Positions 8,537 through 15,869 of a DNA stretch of 64,000 nucleotides are shown here, piece after piece (position 1 is the first letter of the stretch; each line of letters starts with the position of its first letter). The stretch covers positions 347,932 to 411,931 of the forward strand of contig CAVZQN010000003.1 in the NCBI GenBank assembly GCA_963777505.1. The letters are read 5' to 3'. The position numbers and the translations under genes were made by a program. The notes beneath the pieces were generated by a model. That model was not told where the DNA came from. It was given only the letters and a program-made list of their open reading frames with translations, and did not search any database. Origin of the DNA: an uncultured bacterium. Lineage in GTDB: Bacteria; Acidobacteriota; HRBIN11; JAKEFK01.

Positions 8537-11059
8537 TCACAAGATTTTCAGCTGATGATCTTTTTGTTTCAACGCAAAACCGCTCGCAACTAGAAATACG
8601 ACTGTAAATAGAACGAGAACGACCTGATCCCTTATTTTGGAATCTGGATGGTCGATCCATACGAAGAGCCGCGCATTATTCCTCAATCGTCTTTCAGATC
8701 GTTGCAATTCATCGCGAGCGTCTTCCATGTTCTGCTGTTCGTGTTTCAAGTCTCTTGAAATTCTGTCGGCATCGTATCTCAGCGTATTCAGTTCCACAAA
8801 GTCGGCGACATCACCCATCTTCTCAAGAATTTCATCTAATTCATTTTGCAATGAGCTGATCCGCTCTTGTGCTTCTTCCATTTCGTTTTGGCTCAGATCG
8901 ATTGATTGCTCAAGGCTGTCTTTTAGTTGCAAGGAAGGAAGTTCAAATTGCTTCTTCATGAGGTTATAAGACCATTTGCTGATCATGACTTCGCCAAATA
9001 TTTTTTGAGTTCCTTTCAGTTCGCCGAATATTCCGGAAAACAAGACCTGAGGAATCAGGAGAATCGGAACAAGAGCAATCGCTTTGTCAGGCGAATTTAC
9101 AATTGAGCTAACCAGGAGACCCAGCGAGACGCCAGCTACTCCACAAAGAAGCAGAGGCCAGTATGCATGAAGGAATTTATCCGGTGTTAGTAATGCAAGA
9201 ACAACACATTGCAATGCGAGCAAAATCGAGAGCACAACAAATTTTGAACTCAGATATGGAACAATCCCCAGGTTCACCATTCGTTCTCGCCGATACAGCG
9301 GAAGTTCTTTGCAGATTTCACGAGCCGAGTTATTGCAACCAAACCAAAGAGCGGCAAGCGCCATCATGAACAACCGGCTGCTGAGATTTGTTGTGGCTAT
9401 ATAAATAAAAAACGTAATTAATGGTGCTTGAGCAAGCAACAAGCCTGTATTCTTGCGATCTCTCAGTATGATTTCCAGATATCGTTTTGCCAGAGTTATG
9501 CCCTGATGAACAGGATGTGATGGAGCTTCAGGCAGCCGTTCTGTCGATTGGGATGTTGAGCGCTTTGATGGAAGTATCTGATCGCGCGCAAGATTGATGT
9601 CATTGCGATGAGTTTCGGTCTTTTGAAATTCATCCTGCCATTCTTCTGCAGGACGGTTTTTGATTCGCGAATAAAGCGCGCTCAGTGTATTAACTTGAAA
9701 AAAGTTCATTGCGTCTTGAGGGCTGCCAAAAAAGATGACACGTCCGGAATGCATCAGAACAATTCGTGAAAACATCATTGCATGTTCAAGAAGGTGAGTT
9801 GTTAGAATCGTAATTCTTCCATCCTGAGAAAGCTTTTTGAAAAGCACCATTAGCTTTTCATCCAATGCCGGATCCAACCCGGAAGTCGGTTCATCAAGGA
9901 AAAGAATTCCAGGTTTTGTAAGAAGCTCAATTGCAATATTGACCCGCTTGCGTTGTCCGCCGCTCAATCGATGAACGGGTAAACGTTCCTGATCTTCAAG
10001 TTCGAGTTCGATCAAGGTTTCCTTCACCCGGATCTTGCGTTCTTTTTCCGACATATCAAGAGGCAGCCGCAACTTCGCCGCATAACGAAGCGTTTGCTCA
10101 ACTGTTAGTTCGCGATGAATAATGTCGTCTTGAGGTACAAATCCAATATTTCTTTTGAAGAGATCGAAGTGTGTGAATACATCCAATCCGTTTAGTTGAA
10201 CTCTACCTGCTGATGGCAAAATCTGTCCGCTTAAACATTTCATCAACGTCGTTTTTCCTGATCCACTTGGACCGATCAGGCCGATCAGTTCATTGGAATT
10301 ACAGACAAGCGTTCCACGATCGATGATTCTTTTTTCGCCGGCAGATACGCTGATTTGCCATCCGATCAACTGGCTTTGCTGCTGCAGTGTATAAATGTTG
10401 AGGAATTCGCCGGTGAATAGCAGCATGTAAGGCATGATCAAAACAGATTCCCCAGGTGAAAGTGGAGTCCGATGAATGAGCCTATCGTTTACATATGTAC
10501 CGTTGGAACTTCGTAGATCTTCCAGGTAGAGGATGCCGTTATTTCGTTCCAACCTTGCATGCATAGAAGAAACCTGCGGATGATTGAGCACAACGTCACA
10601 GCCTTCATTTCTTCCGATAAGGAGTGGAAAACGGGTCAGAAGTTTTTGGCTGACAAATCCTGAAACCTGCATTTCACCAAGACTTGGTGCCTGGGCAGCA
10701 TTAGATTTTTGGGCTTTTTCTGCTGTGAGATGACGTCCGAATGAACCAAGTTCAGTTCGTTCAGAAGACGGAATTCGTCGACACAAGAATTCAATCCCAT
10801 CGATTGAAAAAGTTTCACCATTTTGCAGGAGAGCTTGATGGCATAGATTTTCGCGATATTTGAACAGAATGTCGGGTTGAGCTGAACGCACCGAGAGACC
10901 TTCACCGGAAGGTTCTATATTCAAATGGTGTGAACGCACATGGGGTGAACTAATTCGAATGTGGCTCTGAGGGCCACTTCCAAGGACGTTAATGCCTGTT
11001 GTTAAAGGAATAACCCGTTCTTCAGACTTGCCGGGAGCCTGGACCAGAACAAGATCCAT
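8537..11059 (-). CDS. ABC exporter with two N-terminal FHA domains, an ABC ATPase, an ABC-2 transmembrane domain and a C-terminal coiled coil (Rv1747-like architecture)
   Basis: FHA1 (~res 10-100) and FHA2 (LLIGRNEGCDVVL..SSMHARLE..LEDLRSSNGTYVN). Walker A GPSGSGKTT, signature LSGGQRKRV, Walker B ILFLDEPTSGLD. Multi-TM region, then a coiled coil and one more TM helix. Confidence 0.85.
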   Translation of the reverse strand: MDLVLVQAPGKSEERVIPLTTGINVLGSGPQSHIRISSPHVRSHHLNIEPSGEGLSVRSAQPDILFKYRENLCHQALLQNGETFSIDGIEFLCRRIPSSERTELGSFGRHLTAEKAQKSNAAQAPSLGEMQVSGFVSQKLLTRFPLLIGRNEGCDVVLNHPQVSSMHARLERNNGILYLEDLRSSNGTYVNDRLIHRTPLSPGESVLIMPYMLLFTGEFLNIYTLQQQSQLIGWQISVSAGEKRIIDRGTLVCNSNELIGLIGPSGSGKTTLMKCLSGQILPSAGRVQLNGLDVFTHFDLFKRNIGFVPQDDIIHRELTVEQTLRYAAKLRLPLDMSEKERKIRVKETLIELELEDQERLPVHRLSGGQRKRVNIAIELLTKPGILFLDEPTSGLDPALDEKLMVLFKKLSQDGRITILTTHLLEHAMMFSRIVLMHSGRVIFFGSPQDAMNFFQVNTLSALYSRIKNRPAEEWQDEFQKTETHRNDINLARDQILPSKRSTSQSTERLPEAPSHPVHQGITLAKRYLEIILRDRKNTGLLLAQAPLITFFIYIATTNLSSRLFMMALAALWFGCNNSAREICKELPLYRRERMVNLGIVPYLSSKFVVLSILLALQCVVLALLTPDKFLHAYWPLLLCGVAGVSLGLLVSSIVNSPDKAIALVPILLIPQVLFSGIFGELKGTQKIFGEVMISKWSYNLMKKQFELPSLQLKDSLEQSIDLSQNEMEEAQERISSLQNELDEILEKMGDVADFVELNTLRYDADRISRDLKHEQQNMEDARDELQRSERRLRNNARLFVWIDHPDSKIRDQVVLVLFTVVFLVASGFALKQKDHQLKIL

Positions 11060-11155
11060 GGATGTATTATAGCTCGATACACGATTCAGGATACAGGATT
11101 CAGGTCGGTTTCACGAGCGATAAAACTGGCTATGGCAATCCGTGTCAATGTTTTC

Positions 11156-11175
11156 TCTGTGTCTTTGTGGTTAAA
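11156..11175. repeat. Family 1 repeat copy (reverse orientation)
   Basis: CTCTGTGTCTTTGTGGTTAA, in the divergent promoter region between the FHA-ABC gene and the ECF sigma gene. Confidence 0.5.
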
Positions 11176-11223
11176 TAATTGTAAACGTTCAGGACCACTC
11201 CCACGTCCCATTATCGAGCAAGT

Positions 11224-11820
11224 ATGGTCGGCGATGAGAAAGAACTGTTATATCGAGCGCAACAAGGGGATGAAACTGCATTCCAACAGATTGTCGAGAA
11301 GTATAAGCGGCAAATGTACTACCTCGCCCTCGATCTTACAGGAAATCATTATGATGCCGAGGATTTGTCTCAGGAGGCTTTCGTGAAGGCGTATACATCG
11401 ATTCAAGGTTTTCGTGGGGATGCGAAAATTAGTTCCTGGCTTCATCGGATTGTGGTCAATGCCCATCTTGATGAACGCCGGAAAAAATCACTTACACTCC
11501 TGCGAACGAGCGATGAATTAAATGAAAGCCTGACTTTGCATTCAGCTGGCGGAAGCGGATTTGAAACCAATCCGGAAAAGAAGATGGAACAATCCAAAAT
11601 GCAGGAGCACATCGAAGAAGCCCTCAAAACGTTAACACCAAGAGAGCGTTCCATTTTTGTTTTACGTCATTATCAGGAACATGCTCTAAAGGAAATTGCG
11701 GAGATGCTGGAACTCAGTGAAGGAACTGTAAAGAGTTTCTTATTTCGTGCGATTAAGAAGCTTCAAAAGGCCCTTTCCAAATATGAATTCCGATTTGAAG
11801 CGAGGAGTTCCAATGAATAA
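11224..11820 (+). CDS. ECF-family RNA polymerase sigma-70 factor
   Basis: Sigma-70 region 2 (AFQQIVEKYKRQMYYLA, SWLHRIVVNAHLD) and region 4 (RERSIFVLRHYQEHALKEIAEMLELSEGTVKSFL). Confidence 0.85.
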   Translation: MVGDEKELLYRAQQGDETAFQQIVEKYKRQMYYLALDLTGNHYDAEDLSQEAFVKAYTSIQGFRGDAKISSWLHRIVVNAHLDERRKKSLTLLRTSDELNESLTLHSAGGSGFETNPEKKMEQSKMQEHIEEALKTLTPRERSIFVLRHYQEHALKEIAEMLELSEGTVKSFLFRAIKKLQKALSKYEFRFEARSSNE

Positions 11821-12631
11821 CTGCGAGAAATTTGAAGATCAATTCGTTGATGCTTTGTATGACGAACTAAAATCTCAGCCAAAGGAAGATTTCGATTCAC
11901 ATTTAAAGGAATGTGCACAATGCAGAGCTCTTTATCAGACAATGCAAAAGACGCTTAACGTGATGGATGAAAGGATTCATCCGGAACTTTCACCAGAATA
12001 TTGGCAGCAATATGATGCGTCATTGCAGAATCGTCTCTCTGAGGTGAAGTCGAAAGATAAAGACAAAGGGAAAGTCATATCATTCAATAAAATTCCTGGT
12101 TGGGCTCTTAAAGCGGCAGCAGCATTCATTCTTGTAGGGCTTGGAATATTGATCGGACGTTATTATATGGCGCCTGAACCAGCGAAGATCGTAGTTAAAG
12201 ATGCACAGCCGGCACTTCCAGTACACAGGGCTTCATTGGATCCTGAAACAAGACGGTTTTTGGAACGATCTGAAATCTTACTTGTAGGGATTGTGAATTT
12301 AGAACCAGAGGAAGATAGCACTTATTCAACAGATTTAACAGCTCAAAAGAAAATGTCACGGGAATTGATTCAGCAAGCCCCGGTAATTCGAGCAAATCTA
12401 AAAGGCCCGGAACGCCGGCGTCTTACACAATTGGTTTCCGATCTTGAATTGATCATGCTTCAAATTGCAAATCTTGAAGCTGAAAGTGATGTGCCTGAAA
12501 TTGAGCTTGTGAAAAGCGGCGTAGACCGCAAAGGGGTCTTGTTCAAAATTAATGTGGAACAAATGCGTATGTCGGGTGCCGCCGAAAGTAAACCGGATCA
12601 AAACAAAACATCCGGTGAGAAGAAACTATAG
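11813..12631 (+). CDS. Anti-sigma factor, zinc-finger (ZAS) type, single-pass membrane protein
   Basis: RBS AGGAG then ATG. HLKECAQC is an H-x3-C-x2-C motif. TM helix ALKAAAAFILVGLGILIG. Overlaps the ECF sigma stop. Confidence 0.65.
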   Translation: MNNCEKFEDQFVDALYDELKSQPKEDFDSHLKECAQCRALYQTMQKTLNVMDERIHPELSPEYWQQYDASLQNRLSEVKSKDKDKGKVISFNKIPGWALKAAAAFILVGLGILIGRYYMAPEPAKIVVKDAQPALPVHRASLDPETRRFLERSEILLVGIVNLEPEEDSTYSTDLTAQKKMSRELIQQAPVIRANLKGPERRRLTQLVSDLELIMLQIANLEAESDVPEIELVKSGVDRKGVLFKINVEQMRMSGAAESKPDQNKTSGEKKL

Positions 12632-12647
12632 TGGAGGAAATGAGACT

Positions 12648-14240
12648 ATGAAAGGTGGAGGAAAGAAAATAATGGCCATTGCGTTAGCATTTTTCGCGAT
12701 GGTTTTGGCGGCTCAACTAAATGCAACAACGATAGCGTATTATGCCGATGGTACTCCCGGCGGTAAGGACGAAGCATCAAAAGCTTATAGAGTTGCCTAC
12801 GATTTGTTTTTAAATGAAGAATGGGACAAGGCAATTCCAGCTTTGCAGGGAGTAGAAAAACAGTTTCCAAAAAGTTCAGTTGCAGATGACGCTGCATTTC
12901 ATGCCTGTTATGCATTGGACATGTCTGGCAAATCACGAGAAAAAACATTCGCATGCTATGACCAGTTTGTAAAAAAGTATACGAGCAGTAATTTTCTCGG
13001 TGATGCAACTCAAAATATGATCCGGCTTGGTAATGATTTGGCGGGAACTGATCCAAAGTACAAAGCAATGATTGAAGGATTCAATAACAGCAAAAACATA
13101 GAATTGAAATTGCTTGCGTTACAGGCATTGTTGGATTCTGAGGGAGATGAGCAAGCTCTTCCCATGATCATCAATTTGTACGACAAACTTGAGAAACCGG
13201 CAGATCGTGAAAAAGTTTTATGGATCATGAATGATATTGAAGATCCAAAGGTTATCGTTAAGATGTCAACAATCATTCAAACAGATCCATCTGTAGAGAT
13301 CCGCAAGAAAGCAGTCTATGCACTTGGGGATCGTGGGCCAGAGGCTACACCAGAATTGAAGAAGGTTCTGGCTTCTAAGAATGATCTTGAAGTTCGTAAG
13401 GCTGCATTACATGCGCTTTCGAACACAGAGGATCCAGGCGTGGTCAAAATTTTAGGAGATGTTGCATCAACAGAATCGAATGAAGAACTCGCCAAGGCTG
13501 CAACGTATGCTCTTGCTGACGTGGAAAATCCTGACGCAATAGTTGCCTTGCAATCGATCTTAAAATCTCAAATCAGTGTTGAAGTTCGAAAAGCAGCGCT
13601 TCATGCGCTGGCTGATCATGGTGGTGGAACGTCTGTCGCCACGTTGAAGCAAGTCGCATTAAATGATTCGACTGGAGAGTTACGCAAGACCGCCACATAT
13701 GCGATTGCCGATGATGATACAAAGGAATCATTCGAAGCATTAAAAGAAATTTTGGCGACAAGCAAAGATCCTGAAGTGCAGAAGGCCTCCTTATACGCAA
13801 TTGCCGACAATGTAGGGCCAGGAGCGGCAGACATATTAATGCAAACTGCAATTAACAATCCGCAAGAGGAACTTGCAAAAGCGGCAGTTCATGCACTTGC
13901 AGAAGCAACGGAAGGCGATACGGCTCTACTGCTTCAGGTATTTCAGAAAGGGAAATTTCCTGACGTAAAAAAAGTTGCTCTCTATGCAATTGGCGAGCGC
14001 AAAGGAAAAAGTGCCATTGATTCACTTTCTAAGATTTTGAAAGAAGAAAAAGAAGAAGAATTTCGTGTTGTCGCTTTGTATGCTCTAGGAGAAGTTGGCG
14101 ATGCTGCAGTGCCAATCTTGTTGCATACAGCAACCAATGATCCAAGTACTAGAATCCGTACGACTGCTGTTCAGATGCTTGGAAACATTGGAACACCTGC
14201 AGCGAAAGATGCATTGATGAAAATTCTGGAAAAAGAATAA
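12648..14240 (+). CDS. Secreted HEAT-repeat (PBS-lyase type) protein with an N-terminal TPR-like region
   Basis: GGAGG RBS. Signal peptide MKGGGKKIMAIALAFFAMVLAAQLNA. At least nine E(V/L)RK(A)A..AL(A/G)D repeats. Confidence 0.75.
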   Translation: MKGGGKKIMAIALAFFAMVLAAQLNATTIAYYADGTPGGKDEASKAYRVAYDLFLNEEWDKAIPALQGVEKQFPKSSVADDAAFHACYALDMSGKSREKTFACYDQFVKKYTSSNFLGDATQNMIRLGNDLAGTDPKYKAMIEGFNNSKNIELKLLALQALLDSEGDEQALPMIINLYDKLEKPADREKVLWIMNDIEDPKVIVKMSTIIQTDPSVEIRKKAVYALGDRGPEATPELKKVLASKNDLEVRKAALHALSNTEDPGVVKILGDVASTESNEELAKAATYALADVENPDAIVALQSILKSQISVEVRKAALHALADHGGGTSVATLKQVALNDSTGELRKTATYAIADDDTKESFEALKEILATSKDPEVQKASLYAIADNVGPGAADILMQTAINNPQEELAKAAVHALAEATEGDTALLLQVFQKGKFPDVKKVALYAIGERKGKSAIDSLSKILKEEKEEEFRVVALYALGEVGDAAVPILLHTATNDPSTRIRTTAVQMLGNIGTPAAKDALMKILEKE

Positions 14241-14257
14241 CCAGATACGCAGCAGAA

Positions 14258-14313
14258 AACGCCGAGGCGCTTGGAATTTCTAGAATTCCTGGCGTACTCG
14301 GCGTTTAGAATTT
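14258..14313. terminator. Long hairpin between convergent genes, probably a bidirectional terminator
   Basis: AACGCCGAG...CTCGGCGTT stem enclosing a GGAATTTCTAGAATTCC near-palindrome, followed by TTAGAATTTT. Confidence 0.35.
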
Positions 14314-14314
14314 T

Positions 14315-14344
14315 AACCGCAAAGACTCTGAGCCTCTGCGGTAA
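14315..14344. repeat. Dispersed palindromic repeat, family 1 (TAACCGCAAAGACNCAAAG-type)
   Basis: TAACCGCAAAGACTCTGAGCCTCTGCGGTA. ACCGCA/TGCGGT arms form a hairpin. Confidence 0.6.
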
Positions 14345-14351
14345 GAAAACT

Positions 14352-15092
14352 CTACCGTAAGCCGAATTTTGGGTTCAGTTCGACACGATCGGTACCATTT
14401 CCATAATAAATACCCCAGCGGATATCGCCATTGATGTGTCGAATTTTTACAGGCGCATAGTGACGTCGTTGTGGAAGATTCAATTCTTTTTCAATTCTAT
14501 TAATGAAAGAAACAGTATCACCTTTCACAAGACTATTTTTTTCAATTGCCTTTTTGTTCGGATCTTTCAATTCGAGATGACGATGTGCGAGTTCATGCAA
14601 AAATATCATCCCAATATCGAACGCCTCTCGTGGAAGATCGCGGAATACAATTTCTCCGAGATCACTAAAATCAAGTTCGATGTAATCGGTTGAAGTCACA
14701 CGTCCTAAATCAGCATTCCGGTTTTCTCGCACCTTATAAACACTCGAGTTCCGCAAGGCACTCAGTAGTAATTCTTTTCCAGTTGACGAGCATCGCCGAT
14801 CTGCAGGAATAGCTCTTTCAAGTCTGTAAACTGATGCCAGACTTGCATACAACGATCTTGGAGGTTCATACAATCTCAGATAATGATTCTTGACCTCTAG
14901 AGAAAGACAAGTAATCCTTTCAAGAGATTGAATTAATTCTGAGGATCTTGACTGCGTGCTGGCAACAGCCACGACACCGGTATTATTTGCTTCTGTGGTT
15001 TCGAAATAAATGAAGCCTTCTAAGGTATCATTTATGAAGAGGAATGAGATTGCGACTAAAGCAATAAGGCCTGAACTTACTTTTAGGTTCAT
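14352..15092 (-). CDS. Secreted hypothetical protein with a HExxH motif (putative zinc metallopeptidase)
   Basis: N-terminal signal/TM segment. FLHELAHRH motif. No other recognisable family. Confidence 0.45.
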   Translation of the reverse strand: MNLKVSSGLIALVAISFLFINDTLEGFIYFETTEANNTGVVAVASTQSRSSELIQSLERITCLSLEVKNHYLRLYEPPRSLYASLASVYRLERAIPADRRCSSTGKELLLSALRNSSVYKVRENRNADLGRVTSTDYIELDFSDLGEIVFRDLPREAFDIGMIFLHELAHRHLELKDPNKKAIEKNSLVKGDTVSFINRIEKELNLPQRRHYAPVKIRHINGDIRWGIYYGNGTDRVELNPKFGLR

Positions 15093-15239
15093 AGCAAAAC
15101 TCTCCTGAATGTTGCATGGTTTGCTATTACGTGCCGTTTGATTTACTCAAATCAACACGCGGTGAACCGTAAAAGAGAGCTGCTATAATTAGAGTTTGTC
15201 TTTCGTAAAAAAGTTTACATATTAAATAAACGAGGTAAC

Positions 15240-15722
15240 ATGGCAAATCGTTCCGCAGTTATTGAAACCAACAAAGGAAATATCAAATTCGAACTTCTGG
15301 AGCAGGATGCTCCCAAGACGACTGAGAATTTTATTCGTCTTGCAGAAAAGGGTTACTACAATGGGATCATTTTCCATCGGGTCATCAAGGGGTTTATGAT
15401 TCAGGGTGGTGATCCAACGGGTACCGGCCGCGGCGGCGAATCCGCATGGGGTGGACGATTTGACGATGAAATCAATTCAAAGTCAGATGTCTATGTCCGG
15501 GGATACAAAGCAGGAACTGTCGCGATGGCGAACGCTGGTCCGAATACGAACGGTTCGCAGTTTTTCATCATGCATAACGACTATCCCTTGCCTCCCAGTT
15601 ACACAATCTTCGGCCGCGTTACCGAAGGTCAACAAGTAGTTGATGAAATCGCGAATACACCTATAGGGCCAAATGATCGGCCACAAGCTCCTATAACAAT
15701 GGCCCGTGTAACGATAGAGTAA
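15240..15722 (+). CDS. ppiB: Peptidyl-prolyl cis-trans isomerase, cyclophilin type
   Basis: FHRVIKGFMIQGGDP, GGESAWG, GSQFFIMH motifs. Confidence 0.9.
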   Translation: MANRSAVIETNKGNIKFELLEQDAPKTTENFIRLAEKGYYNGIIFHRVIKGFMIQGGDPTGTGRGGESAWGGRFDDEINSKSDVYVRGYKAGTVAMANAGPNTNGSQFFIMHNDYPLPPSYTIFGRVTEGQQVVDEIANTPIGPNDRPQAPITMARVTIE

Positions 15723-15726
15723 TTTT

Positions 15727-15746
15727 TACCGCAAAGACTCAAAGCC
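15727..15746. repeat. Family 1 repeat copy
   Basis: TACCGCAAAGACTCAAAGCC, directly after the ppiB stop. Confidence 0.55.
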
Positions 15747-15869
15747 TTTCTTGTAAACGCGTTCCGTCCTGAGACTCGTCTAATCTGCAGGTAGGGGATA
15801 AACCTTTTCGTGACAAAAGGCGGTCTACTGGGACGATCCCGCATATTTGGGATGCCATAAGGAAGAGAC

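Noticed and set aside
8637-8969. 110-aa plus-strand ORF rich in Ser/Cys antisense to the FHA-ABC gene tail
   Set aside because: It is antisense to the coiled-coil coding region of a strongly supported gene. It is low-complexity with no start context.
12552-12647. Longer N-terminal extension of the HEAT-repeat gene starting at 12552
   Set aside because: The extension overlaps the anti-sigma gene and has no RBS. The ATG at 12648 has a GGAGG RBS and begins a canonical signal peptide.
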